Of a stretch of DNA of 64,000 bases, positions 50,082-63,000 are shown in pieces. A model generated the notes under the pieces. The model was not told the DNA's origin, did no database searches, and saw only the letters and a program-made list of their open reading frames with translations. The position numbers and the translations under genes were made by a program. The stretch lies in NCBI GenBank assembly GCA_001724265.1, contig MEDY01000225.1, positions 1-64,000 on the forward strand, given 5' to 3'. How positions within the stretch are numbered: position 1 is the first letter of the stretch; every line of letters begins with the position of its first letter. Source of the stretch: Rhizaria sp. SCN 62-66 (lineage: Eukaryota).

Positions 50082-51641
50082 TCAGTTGCCGCCTTTCTTG
50101 GCTGCGCTGAGGAACTTGTCGTACGCCTCGCAGGAAGGCATCTTCTCCGCGTAGGCCGCGCGCATGCGCTCCGAGGCACCTGTGTCCTTGGCGGCGCGCG
50201 CCTCCTCCATCTTGCCGCGCTTGGCCTTGCGCTGCGCCGCGCACTCGTCCTGCAGGCGCGCCGAGAACTGCTCGTTGACGGCCTCCTCGAACTTGCCCAG
50301 CGCGCGCGGGTCGCGGCCGTAAGTCCACTTGAACTCGTTGTTGACGAAGTAGGGCGCACCCTGCGCTGTTTCACGCGCGTGCGGGAAGGCGTGCGCGCGC
50401 TGCAGCGAGAATGGGTACTGCGGCGCCGTCGACGTGCTGGCCGAGTTGAGCATCGTGAAGAGGAACAGGAGCACGAGCGGCAGGAAATGCACCATCTGCA
50501 GCAGCGACGTGCCCGCGCCCTCGCCACCGCCGCCGCCGCGCTGCTGCTGCTGCTGCTGGTAGCCCGCGGCCGAGGGCCCACGCCGGTAGCCCTGTTGCTG
50601 CTGCTGTTGCTGCTGGGCGCGGCGGCGGGGCCCCGCGGCGTCGGCGCCCGCGAAGACGGAGCCGAAGATGTTGCGGAAGAGCATGTCCGGGGTCATTTCC
50701 TCGAAGCCGCCGTGCATGCCGCCGCCGCCGAAGCCCTGGTGGAAGCCGAAGCCGCCGCCGGGCCCGTAGCGCGCGCCCTGTGCGGCGCGGCGCTGATGCT
50801 GCTGCTGTGCGTAAGCGTTCTCATCGTCGACGCCTGTCATGTCGTACATGCGCCGCTTGGCGGGATCGGAGAGCGTGAGGTAGGCGGCCGTCACGGCCTT
50901 GAAGGCCTCCTCGGCCTCGGGCGCCTTGTTCTTGTCGGGGTGGATGCGCAGCGCGAGCTTGCGGTACGCCGACTTGATCACAACGTCGTCAGCCGTCTTG
51001 GCCACGCCTAGGATCTCATACTTGCACTTGATCTTGGTGATGCGCCGCGCCGCCGTCTGCTGCTCCACCGTGTACTCGTTGTCGCCGCTGCCGCCGCCGG
51101 TCGCGTTGCTATTCGAGCTGCTCGCGCCGCTGCTCGCGCTGTTGCTGTTGCTGTTGGAGTTGGCGGCCGGGGGCGGGCGCGGGGACGAGGCATTGGACGC
51201 GGGCGGCGGGCGCGGGGCCTGCTGCTGCTGCTGTTGCTGCTGCTGCTGTTGATACTGTTGGTACGAGGAGGACGAAGCCTGGGGCTGGGGGCGCGGCGGG
51301 GGCGAGTTAGGCTGCGGCGCGGGGCCCTGGGGGCGCGGCGGCGGCGCCTGCTGCTGGTACTGCTGCTGGGGGCGCGGCGGCGGCGGGGCCTGTTGCTGCT
51401 GTTGTGGCTGCGGCTGAGGTTGCGGACGCGGCGGGGGCGGCGACGCGGCGGCGGGGCGCGCGCTGCCGCCGCGCTGGATGCGCGCCTCGACACGCTGTAG
51501 CATGTCGGTGGCGCGTGTGGTGTCGAAGAGCGAGAGCGATTTCTCGAGCAGGATGCGCGCGTCCTCAAGGCGGCCCTGCTCCACGCAGGCCTCGGCGCGC
51601 GCGATCAGCGCCTGCGACGTGGCGCGGGCCTCGTCGGACAT
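50082..51641 (-). CDS. DNAJB12/DNAJB14-like ER membrane J-domain co-chaperone
   Basis: N-terminal TPR-like helices, J domain ([33 protein letters not shown]), G/F-rich region, one TM segment, and a DUF1977-like C-terminus with two Cys. Stop is TGA. Confidence 0.9.
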   Translation of the reverse strand: MSDEARATSQALIARAEACVEQGRLEDARILLEKSLSLFDTTRATDMLQRVEARIQRGGSARPAAASPPPPRPQPQPQPQQQQQAPPPPRPQQQYQQQAPPPRPQGPAPQPNSPPPRPQPQASSSSYQQYQQQQQQQQQQQAPRPPPASNASSPRPPPAANSNSNSNSASSGASSSNSNATGGGSGDNEYTVEQQTAARRITKIKCKYEILGVAKTADDVVIKSAYRKLALRIHPDKNKAPEAEEAFKAVTAAYLTLSDPAKRRMYDMTGVDDENAYAQQQHQRRAAQGARYGPGGGFGFHQGFGGGGMHGGFEEMTPDMLFRNIFGSVFAGADAAGPRRRAQQQQQQQQGYRRGPSAAGYQQQQQQRGGGGGEGAGTSLLQMVHFLPLVLLFLFTMLNSASTSTAPQYPFSLQRAHAFPHARETAQGAPYFVNNEFKWTYGRDPRALGKFEEAVNEQFSARLQDECAAQRKAKRGKMEEARAAKDTGASERMRAAYAEKMPSCEAYDKFLSAAKKGGN

Positions 51642-52661
51642 CGGCTAGACGTGGGCGACGGGACGGGCTGGTGCGGTGGGAAAGCGCGGACGGGCAGCGG
51701 AGAACGAGACGGGGCCGGAGCAAGCGACGGGGTTGGCTCGGGACGGGGAGGAGCTTTGCGACGGAGGTTTAGCTCAGATAGCGAGCCAGTGGCAGCAAAA
51801 AAGAAGAAAAGCTACATATGTACGTCATAGGCGCGGTTAAAATCAGAGAACGAGTTGTGAGCAGAGAACAGACGGGGTGCGAGGGAGGGGGGGAAGAGAG
51901 ACGCGTCAGCGCTTTCGGAGCTTCAGGATGCCAAGTCTATCAGGTCATCTTGACCTTTGTTTAGAACAGAGCAAACTATATAATATACACGCAACATGGA
52001 AAATTCTACTGTAAAATTATTCATCCAGGTATGGTGCTTAACCTGTCCAACGAGACAGAAAGATATCGACACCACACCTCGTTGACCGTAGCTGTCTGCG
52101 GCCTAACTTTGCAGCCCACCACATCACTCATCTAAAACGCAATTATATCATCACAGATACATTTTCAGATAACTTGTTATCAAGGCCCTATTTTAACGCG
52201 TTATTTCAACATTATACTATAAGGTGTCGTCATGGGCTAACCGTATCTACTAATAAAAACGAATTCAAAGATTGAAATGCATGAGTACACACTGGTGGAT
52301 GTATGCAGCTAAGTATAAAAATATTACTAAAATATGCAAGACATAATTCCAGACATTTAACCGGCTGGTGATGTGCATATCCAATAATCATACCTTACTT
52401 TGATATGATTAAGTACACTGGCGAGACCAGCATTGCTTCTCTCTGGCTCACGTGTAGTCACATCGAAGTTCAAGCTGAATTCATTCATTTGATCGTCAAG
52501 ATGAGAGATGTGCATTCGATGGCATAAAAATACATGGCATATGTATTATATTTGATTTGCAATATGCTTCGCTGATTATATCTGTCACCTACTCTAATCC
52601 CGAATCCGCTCAACTCAACGGCTACTTCACCTTCTCCTATGTCTGATTGTACAAGTAGTGC

Positions 52662-55067
52662 ATGCACTCGCGAGGTCCTCCCCGCAGCACAGTGCCTGCA
52701 GTGGCGGCAGCCGCGGCGGCGTCGCGCGCGCAGCCTTCCATAGCATTGCAGCTGGGGTCGCAGGCGTCAGAGCTCGCTCCACGCATGGGGCTGCCCTTAA
52801 CAGTCAACACTCAGATGGGCAACCTGTGGCGCGAGCTCGAGGCCGAAAACCGTCGTCTGCTGCTTGAGCACCGCGCGCTGGAGCATGAGAACTCCCAGCT
52901 TAAGGAGCTTCAAGCTCAGGCTCTCTGTCAGCATGCCAGCAGTCTCGCCCAGATCCAGGTACGTGCCGATCTCCATTGTACACATTGACATGCTGCTCTT
53001 TGTCATCACACATCAAGCAAAGCTATAACGTCCTGCTGTGCATTGCGTCCTCATGTTTGTTTCACGCGTCCGTTTTTTCTATTTCCCAGCAACTCGAGTC
53101 GCAGCTTGCTGACGAGCGCGCCAAGGTGCGCGCCGCTGCGTCGCACTCAGTGTCTCAGGCCGCCGCCCTGCAGCAGCTCTCGCTCGCGGCCGAGGGCCAG
53201 AAGCAGCACGCCGCGACGCTGCAGGCCGCAGCCGACGCCCTGCGCGCGCGCAACGAGGCAACCGCGCTCGAGCGCGACACGGCGGCGCTGTCGGCGTCGT
53301 CGACCGCGGCGGAGCTCAAGGCGCTGCGCCGCGAGCACGGCGCCGCTCTCGAGCGCAACGTCGCGCTGCAGACGAAGATGGACGCAACCGAGGCCGCTGT
53401 GACGCGGCTGCGCGCGGACGCCGAGGTGCTGGCGAACGCGGCTAAGTCGCGCGCGGCGCAGAGCGCGCGGCTGCTGCGCGAGCGCGCGGCGCTGCTGGGC
53501 GCGCTGGCCGAGGCGCGCGAGTTCGTCGCCGCGCGCGGCATCGCCGTCGGCGGGGCCCGCTTCAGGAAGGAGCTACTTGAGTTCTTGGCCGCCGCGGAGG
53601 CGGGCGCCGGTGCCGCGCCCGCGCCGCAGGGCGCCGTGTCGGCCGTGAGCGAGGCCGTCGCCGCCTCGCGCGCGCGAGCGCAGCGCCGCGAGGCCGGCGA
53701 CGCCAGCGACGCCGAGGGCGACGACGACGACGGGCTCTACGAGCGGGAGCCCGGGTCCGCGCGCGGCCGCAGCAGCAGCGCCCGCGGCCACTCGCGCGGA
53801 CGCCAGTCTGCTGGTGCGGACGCTGCCGCTGCGCCGCTGGTGACTGCTCTCGAGGCTGCCGCAGCGACGGCGGCGAAGGCGCAAGCGCCGGTCGGCGGCC
53901 CGGCGGCGAGCGGCGAGCCGCGCGCGCGCGCGTGGACTGCGGCGGCGCAGATTAAGGCGCAGCAGGAGTACATTGCGCAGCTGGAGACGACTGTCGGCCA
54001 GTGCCGCGAGAAGATCCGCACGCTCACGCACCGCTTCCGCACCGCGGCCGGGGAGCGCGAAAAGGTGCGATCAACATTTAGATTAGAACATGATATTTGG
54101 GTTTGTTTTCTCCGATTTATTTTTATTGACATGACATGTGCTCTTTTCCTTTTCTAACCACGTCTTTTTTATTCTATACGCCTTGATTTATGTATAAATA
54201 TATTCCCACAGGCCATGAAGCAGGTCGACGCCCTCCGTGAAGGTTCTGCCTACCCGTCGTTTGTTTCGTCCGGCCCGGCCTCAGCGCCGACCGCGACGAC
54301 CACCAGCGCCGTGGCCGCCGCCCCCGCGCGTGGCGGGCTAGGCAGCAGCGCCGAGGACCCCCTCAACACTTCTGCGTCGTATCTTCCGGCTCGCCGCGCC
54401 GCGGCCGGAGCGGGATCCTCTGGGACCCGTGCCGCGAGCGCGGGCGGCGTGTTCTCGCCCTCGCGCGCGACTCCGCAGCCGGTTGGGCTCCACGCCCGCG
54501 GCGGGCCCTATAGCAAGGATGCGGGGGCTGCTGCCAGTGCCAGCGAGGACCCGCGGCTCGTGCACGTCTCGCCCGCGCGCGTGCGCCCTACGGCTGCCAC
54601 TGCGCACAGTACCCATGGTGCGCATGGTGCCCATGGTCAGCAGACTGCTCAGTACGCCGACGTGGGCGTGGACGTCGGCGCACTGTGGCAGAGCCAGCTC
54701 GACGACATCGACGACCTCGACGCAATGCACGGTCACTCCGCTGCTCAGGACCACCACGCGCCGGCTCTCCAGCAACCGCAGCAGCAGCAGCAGCAGCGGC
54801 TGACCGGCAGCTTTGCGCGCCGCGGCAGCACCTCTGAGGGCGTCCCCGCCCATACTGCCCATGGTCATGTTGGAGCGGGCGCCACGCCGCGCAAGCAGGC
54901 CGCGCAGGGCCACGACGCGCACCGCCATACTGTCCGCGGCCACGCTGTCCACGGCACGTCTGCGCATGGTCCCTCGACGAGTGCGGTCTTGGCCTCCAGC
55001 GGCGCTGGCGACGGCAATGGCGCTGAGGCCGACTACGCCGCTGCCGCCGCTGCGGGCGCCGCCGCGA

Positions 55068-55104
<37 letters not shown>

Positions 55105-55319
55105 TGCCGCAGTCGGCACTGACGGCGCCGGCGGAGAGGGCGCCGGCCAGGATGGAGGCTGGGGTTGGGATTACCGCAACAACGAAAGCGGCGATGGTTT
55201 CGGCCACGGTCACGGTGGCGGTTCAAGTGATCGCGGTCACGGTGACGTTGACGTGTACGATGCTAACAAAGGCGGTGCACACTACGACGACGACGACGAC
55301 GACGACGACAATGGTGTTC

Positions 55320-55382
<63 letters not shown>

Positions 55383-56158
55383 GCAATTACAACCCTGATA
55401 GCTATGACCATGAGCAGAGCTCTCACGCCCGTGTTGCGACTGCCTCCAGCCCTGCGGCTGCTGCCGAGCCCAAGCGCACTGCGGCGGCGCACGGCGGCCT
55501 GACGCTGATGCAGCGCATCCAAGGCATCTTGTCTGGAGCGCCCGAGTCCGCGCTCCCACACGCCAGCGCCAGCGCGAGTGCTGCTGCGGACGTTGCTGCG
55601 TTCAACTCGAATGTCAACGTGTATTCCTATGGCTTTACTCCCGCGCCTGCGATTGCTCCTGTGCCTGCGCCCGTCAAAGCGTCTGATTCAACCACGACGG
55701 ATGAGAGCAGTAGCAGCAGCAACTATAATGCAAGCAACAGCAACGCGGTGGACACTATGGCCGCGGCAGCAGCTGAGGCTGTTTTGGCGCGTAGCCGCGA
55801 GACGAATCCGCTGTGGGCTGCCGCGCTGTCTTACGAACAGCGTCAGCAACAGCAGCAACAACAACACCAGCAACAACAACAGCGGCGCTACTCGGGCGCG
55901 CAGCAGCAGTTGCAGTCGCAACTCAACGGCAGCTTTGCGCTTAACTCAAGTCGCGCGGCCGTGGGCGCCGGGGTCGATCTTGACTCGAGTCGCAGCAACG
56001 TCTTGTCTGGCCACAACAGCATCTTTATCGGAGCCAGTGCTGGAGCGGCTACCGACTTGAACTCAAGTCGCGCTGGTGCGGACCGCGCGGCTGGCGGCGT
56101 TGACTCGGGTGCGTATGTGAACAGGCTGCTGGCGCGTCTGCGGAACGGTGCTGTGTGA
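52662..56158 (+). CDS. Coiled-coil protein with low-complexity C-terminal half (exons 52662-52958, 53090-54064, 54212-56158)
   Basis: Heptad-rich segments (WRELEAENRRLLLEHRALEHENSQLKEL...). Two phase-0 introns (GTACGT..CAG, GTGCGA..CAG) link three ORFs in frame. Stop is TGA. Confidence 0.78.
55322..55381 (+). repeat. (AAC)20 coding microsatellite (poly-Asn), shortly after a (GAC)n poly-Asp run
   Basis: Read directly from the sequence; the reading frame is preserved. Confidence 0.93.
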
Positions 56159-56529
56159 GATGTGCTGTTTATCCCAATATGGTTCTCCTCATTCCTAATG
56201 TTTCAAACGCACTAAATTCGAGCTGTAAACTGGCCATAATACAATGAGTTAATTTATCATCTTTGAACGCAAGTATGATGTTAAATCACCACCGGTTTTC
56301 AGTTCATGCATTTTTGAGCGCGTCTGTTTGAGATCTATTGCTTTTTGGTTCTGACCACTTAAAAACTGACAAGGTTCAAAAGCTATGTGTTCTTCGAACC
56401 TTTTCGATTTTATCATTGATAATTAGTTAAAGTACACATTTAAATTTGATATATCAGTTTTATCATCGGTCACCATTATTGCGTGCTTTATAAATGCAGT
56501 CGTCCTAATCGCTTCAAGTTGGGCCAGCC

Positions 56530-58878
56530 ATGATGTCGGTCTCTGCCTCAGACCCATCAAAGAGCGCCATAAAAGAACATATAACAAACAGCGCCCAAAC
56601 CTCAGAAAGCACATCATCCACCCATACCTTAATGGTGAACCAGACCACTCCTAGCCCCATGGTTGTTTGTATGGGATCGATCCTTCTCGACGACAACGTC
56701 GTCTCCACGACATATGAGCCGCTGACGCTGTCCCTGAGTGAGTCCAGCCGCCGCGCGTCCGCCGAGTCACGAGCCAACGCAGAATCCGCCGGCGCGACAT
56801 TTGCCGGCGCGGTCTCCGCGCGCGGGGGCTCCGCGCCGGGCCCGCCGCGTAACGTGCGCTACGCGCTCTTCCCGGCGCTGCTGCGGCTGTATCTAGTGCG
56901 CTCGGAGAGCGGCCGGCGCGTGCGCAACGTCTACGATATGGTCGCCGAAGACTTCGCGCGCTTTATCCCGGCCGCGACCGGTGCCCCCGGGCTAGAGCGC
57001 GTGTGTGGCGTGAGCGCGCGCGAGCTGCAGCGGTACGGCGCGTGGCTGCGGACCGCGCGCGGCGTCGGGCTGGTGCTGCGCTAGTGCATGGCCTTCGTGG
57101 GCGACCTCTGGTACCGTCACCACGACTGGGACACGCTGCGCCCGCGCGCCGGCATGGGTCTCGACCCCGACGCGGGCGACGCGGGCGGCGCGCCGCTGCC
57201 GCCGGAAACGTGGCGCCAGATCGCAGAGAAGTACGTTGCTTCACGTTGATTGCCGATGAAAACAGCTTTGAGTCCCGTGTCTTCCTAGAATCGCCAATGC
57301 GTATCAGTACATGATACATCTCACATAATTTAGATATGATAACAAACTTAAAAACTAGAATCTTCATCACACTGCCATCTTTCTTACTTCAGTTATGCGC
57401 CGTACAACAAGAGTTCGTGCAGCAACTTCAAGCACATGGCCGACGGCTCGTGCTGGCACGACCAAATTGGACTCAACTACCGCGCCGCGTTCGCTCTTCT
57501 GCGCGAGTTTAATGCGGCACCAGGGAACCACGCGGCGGTTGCTGCGCACCGCAACGTGCCCATGGTGTTCCCTATCTCAGCCGACGCGCGCGTCAATGGC
57601 GACAATAGCCGCAACCGCGGCAACGGCAGCTACTCCGGGTCTCCGGCGGAGAACGGTAGGCGCGGCGCCGCGGCTGCTTTGCCCAGCGCCGTCGCGCACA
57701 CTGGCGCGGACGCGGGTCAGCTCCTTCGCACTGCTGCCGCGGCGGTCACCCCCAGCGCCACACCAGCAAGCGCTGCAGGAACAAGCGCAGCTGGCCCACG
57801 CTCACCGCTGCACACAATGCTACTAAGCCTCGCCGCACAGGCGAGTCCCCCTGCTGCGGGCGTGATAGTAAAGGTCGGGTCCGTTGCCACTCAGGCTTCT
57901 GCAACCTGTGCCGAAGCGGACACAAGCCCTGCCGGGAGCCGTCCTCCCGGGAGCCGTCTTCCCGGCGCCGCCGCCCAAATCAGCCCCGCGGACCGCAGCA
58001 ACCCGGCCGCGTTTCACTAGCCATTGACGTTCTCCCCGACGGCGCCCGCCTTCGCGGCCGAGTCCACCTCCGCCTCCGCCACCGCCCCGTCACCCGAGAT
58101 GCAGGTTGCGACCGCGCCACGCAAAGCTATTGCCGAGTCACATGACGCGATTGCAACTGCGTCGCACGAGGCGCTGGTGACCGCGCCGCGCGACGGGGGC
58201 GGGTCGCTGGCACGGCAGCAGATCGCGGACGCCGTCGCGGAGTCCTTTCTGCGCAGCGAACGTCTGGCCGCCGTCCTGCCGGGGCTGCTCCAGGAGGGGC
58301 TTACGCAGGTCCGGCGCTCGCAACCGCGCGGCGCGACGCCCGCCGAGACCGATGCGGCGCTGACGCGCGCGCGGGCCGCGATCTCTGTCATGGTACAGAC
58401 CGAGGTCGCCGCCGAGACCGCGTGGTTTTGCGCAGAGGCGCGCGTCAGGGCCGCGCAGGCGCACTCGCGCGCGCTCGGGCCCGTGCGCGCGGCCGACGCG
58501 GCGCGGCTGCAATGCGCGAGTGCGGCGATGGCGAAGCTCGTGGCGACCGCGAAGCACGCGGCAGCCACGGCGCCGAAGCGCGGGGCCTCGGGGGCCGAGG
58601 TGGGCCGGTGGGCCGAGGTAAGCCGGCGGGCCGAGTCTCAGCAGCCGGCGGCCGCGCCGCAAAGCGCGGTCCTGATGCCGGTCAGCGCGGCAGGCAGGGC
58701 CGCGCTGGCGGGCGTGCACGCGTTCTGGCGGCAGCAGAGCGTCTTCGCGCGCGAGTACGCACTGGGGCACTGGCCGCGCGTCCGGCGCACGAGACTCAGC
58801 TGCAGCGACCCGCCGGCGCGCGAACATCCGCCGGCTAGCTAGGCGCTGAAGTCGTGGTCTGTGTCGGTCTTCAGCTCG

Positions 58879-58912
<34 letters not shown>

Positions 58913-59028
58913 GGCGAGGGACGTTGCGAGTCTTCAAACCGTAGGAGACATTGAGCTCCGGTAAAGGCACAAGCAGCGCGGTGGTACATATGTGCGACAA
59001 TGATAGGAGCCAACTGGGTGACGCTTAA
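56530..59028 (+). CDS. Hypothetical protein (about 780 aa) with four in-frame TAG codons (exons 56530-57230, 57393-59028)
   Basis: TAG at 57082-4, 58018-20, 58840-2 and 58942-4. A phase-2 GTACGT..CAG intron links the frame downstream of the first TAG to ORF 57436. The first TAA/TGA in frame is TAA 59026-8. Confidence 0.7.
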
Positions 59029-60033
59029 ACACGATCGAAAATTCAAGTTTGACGGGGCAGAACGCTCGGGTCTGCTGTGACTGTAGTGTGACAAGTTGCG
59101 ACAATGAACGAGATATGCAAAGAAATTAAGTCGCAATAGCACTAATCAAATCAGATACATCAACTATAACTCCTTTTGGGAAGCATCTGAAAATTCAAAG
59201 CCACATGCATCATGAAGTCATACAACAGAAGAATATGTCTTTCTTAGAGCTTGCAGTTACCAGGTTACATTTGTGGTGGCAACCGGAGCCAAGATGTGCC
59301 TGCCACATGCCTTCCGCAAAATCGATAATGTTCGAAGAGAGTATCGTCAAACATTATGCTGGTGCAGCTAACGTTTAGTATGATTGCGCATGTATTCATT
59401 TTTATAATAATACCCTCTTAAAGCTGATTTGGCGTGCTGTCTCAACCTCCCAGCTGGTGACCTTCTCGAAGCGCTGTCCGACATGCTCTTATTGTGGAGC
59501 GGAGTCGATGCACGGCTCCGAAACTCAACGTTATACTTGTGCAATTTGTTGTCCGATGTGAAGACCTCCTGTTCTTTACATGGATTGTTTTCCTCATCTT
59601 AGATCACTTCTATGGAGGGGGTACTCCGTTAGACGTGCACACGTTTGTCATGTAGATAACCCAACGACAGCCTATCTCATCGAACAAGCTCAAGAGAAAA
59701 GCATGAGCATATGTCATATTCTATAGCATGCTTGCTTGGCGTGTGCTTTAGCTCTGTCCGAAGCAGCTTTAGTTTGCGTTGAATGTCTCTTCTTTAGTAT
59801 CATTGACCCCGTTATGATTACATCATCGATTGGCAGGCAATTGTGCTCGAAAATTCAATGTGCTGTTCTAGACTCACTCAATGTTCCTTGTGAATATGTA
59901 TATGTTTTCTATGTATAGAACACATCTAATCCATCCCAACGAACGGGATTTGGAACCCTTCCGATCTTCTTTAGTGCCCAGACTCGTCTGGTTTCGTCAT
60001 TTTTACCTACTGGGCAGCAAGCCCTGTGATGCA

Positions 60034-63000
60034 ATGAACCTTACCCCCGCAACGTCATCGCACTCAGCCAGCATTGCGGCCCTCGCAGCGGCCGCCGCGG
60101 CTGCCGCAGCCGCTGCCACGGCCCCCGTCGACATCCCCCAGCTGATCGCCCCGCGCCCTCTCGCCCAGCCCGCTGCCCAGGTAGACCAGTCAGTCCCGTC
60201 CTTGGCCAAGGCCCCAGGCGCAGTGCCGCGTCGCAAGCGCGCCGCGGACTCAGCGTTCTCTGTTGGCGCGGCCCCGCGCGGCGCGGCCGCCAAGGGCAGG
60301 CGCGGCGCCGGCGCTGGCTTAGGTCCCGGCGCTGGCTTAGGTCCCGGCGCTGGCGGTGCTGGCGCTGGCTTAGGCGATGCTGGCGCAGCGGCCAGGGCGC
60401 CGCGCGCGCAGTCGCAGGCCGCAGCGCCGCGCACGAAGCGGGTTGCCGCGTCGACGCGGGTGAAGCGCGAGGCCTCAAGAAGCGGCGACTCCACTCGCGG
60501 CCGTGCCGGACCCGTCGCCGTCACTGGAGCCGGCTCCTAGCACAACGCGATCGAGCTGAGCAGTGATGACAGCGACGACGATAACGGTAACGATGGCGGC
60601 GACAAGAAGAAGGCGCCAGCGAGGAGGGCGGTGCGCAAAACTGGCATAAGCGGCCGCAAGAACTCGCTCCGCGCGGGCGCCGCCGGTGCCGCCAACGACG
60701 GCGACGAGGACGACTTAAGTGGCGACAGCGGTCAGAGCGGGAGCGGCGGCAACGGGAGCGAGAGCGACTCCGATGGGAGCGGCAAGCAGCCGCGCGCGAA
60801 GCGGCCCCGCGCGGCCCCGGGCGCTGGGAGGCCGCCGGCGTCGCCCTCCGCGGCACGGATGGTGACCGTGGCACGCTACCAGCCGCCGCCGCGGCCGGCG
60901 TCGGCGCCGGGTGCGCTGCCGCCGTGCCCCTGGGCGCCGCGCTCGCTGATCGTGCCCGCCTCTACGCCCAGCCCGGTGCCGACTGCGCACAGCAACAACA
61001 ACAACAATAACAACAATGTCGGCCGTGTCGCCGGCGCGAGGAACGCCCGTGCGGGCGCGCCCGCCGGCGCCGTCATTCTCGCCGCCGCCGCAGCCGAGGC
61101 AGCAACGCGCGCGACAGAGGCGGAACACTTCGTCGCGGCCGCGGCCGCCGCGGACGCCGCCGCGCAAAGCGACGAGGTGACGCACGACGACGTGCCGTTC
61201 GTCGAGGCGCGGCTGCCCGCGGCGCGCGTGACGACCGTGACGTACGCTCGCCCGATGCCGCTGCCGACGCTGGCGTCGGCGCGCGCGGCGCTGCGCGAGG
61301 CCCGCGCGGGGCTGGGCCGCATGGTGACCGTTCACCGCTTTACGCCCTCGCCGCCGCACACGCAGCCGCCCTCGGCGGGCGCCGACGCGACAGTCTTCGC
61401 CGCCGTGTCCGGCTACGGGTGGATGAGCACCCGCATCACGCCTGTGCCGACCGACGGCGTGCCGCTCAACTCCGTCACGGGCACCGAGTACAATTCGGGC
61501 AGGAAGCCCGTGCCGGTCGCGGCGAAGCTACGCGCGCTGGCCGCCACGGAGCGCGAGGCCGACGCGGCCCAGCCCTCGGAGGCCGAGATCGCGGCGGCCA
61601 TTGTCAGCACTGTGACCGAGACGGCGCCCTCGGTCGAGGCGTGCGGCGGACAGCGGCTTGTGTTCGTGCGGCCCTCGCACACGCACATGTTTCCCGGCCC
61701 TGCCTTCGCCCGCGTCCCGATTCCGGAGGCCGTTGCCAAGCGCCGGGAAGGCATTGCAAAGAAGATGTTGATCAGTCAGAAAGATGACCCAACAACGACA
61801 GTTGCCATTTCTGGTGATACTATCGTTGCTGCCACTACTATTGCTACTGACGCCGCGGCCGCCGCTTCCTCCGGCGACCGCGCCGCACCGAAGCCCCGCC
61901 GAAAGTCCGCCGCCTCGTCGAATGCGGCCGTGGCCGTCTCTGCTGCGCCGGCGTCCGACGGCGCAACCCCCGCGTCGCCGGCGTCGCCCTCGGCCGCTTC
62001 GTCCTCGGCCGCGTCGCCGGCGGTCGCGTCGCCGGCAGTCGCGTCGCTGGCGGTCGCGCGCCCGCGCCGCGTCCTGGGGCCCGGCGGCGAGGACCTGGCC
62101 AAGGCGCTGCGCAAGGCCGTGAAGCGCGCCGAGGACGCGCGCCTGGCCGTGGGGCCCGCGCAGACCGTGGCGCAGTCCGCGGCCAGCGACGTGGCCGAGG
62201 CCGAGGAGGGCGGCGGCTCGGCGAGCTAGGTCGCCGGCCTGCGCAAGGCGTTCGAGGTCGCCCAGTCGTGGCTCGTGGCCAAGCGGCAGGCCGTGCTCGC
62301 CGCCGAGACCGACGTCGCCGCCAAGACCGCCGCGCTGGACGCGGCTCGGGGCGCGAGAGCGGGGACCATGGCGTTGATGCTGGCAGAGGACGGTACGCGT
62401 GATGCGGACGCGAGCGATATTCACGAAGCTTATCACGATGTCATCCCAATGAACGACTCAGACGGCGCATCTGCTTCTAGTGTAGCGCCCGCAGCTGCCA
62501 TTTCTGCTGCCGCCGCTGCTGCCGCTGCCGCTGCAGCCGCAGCTGCTACAACTGCGACACCAGATGTCGGGCGTAAGCAGAAACTCGCAATGAACAAGGC
62601 ACCTACACCCGCGCCCAGCTCAGCTACTGAGTCACGCATAGTCCCCGCATTGGGTCATGCGTCCACGGTGAAGCCGGTGAAGGCGGCGGCCCTTCCCGTG
62701 GCTGCGCCGCAAAATTCCGCGGGTGCGCCTGACCTGCAGACGCGCGCACTGCGCGAATGGCTGGCCGTCGCGCGCGCGCAAGGCTGTGACGTGCACAGCT
62801 CATGCGCGCGCACGGTGCTCTGCAGCGACTTTATCGCGGCCCGCCTCGGCGCGCTGCTGGACCAGTTTCAGCCCTACGTCACTTTCGCCTAGTACGACGA
62901 CCTGTGTGCCGCGCTGCGCCGCATGCCGCTGCACGCGCTGCAGGCCGCCGCGCGCTCGCTGGCGCTGCACGCGCGCGCGCGCGACCTGAGCACCTTCCTC

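Noticed and set aside
59200-59900. Possible extra 5' exons of the 60034 gene (a protein-like stretch near 59430-59660 containing two TAGs)
   Set aside because: AT-rich, with no GTACG donor that I could join in frame. These TAGs were not counted in the evidence.
62392-62400. GTACGC as a possible intron donor within the last gene
   Set aside because: The frame stays open, and the downstream sequence is Ala-codon rich rather than pyrimidine-rich like true introns here.
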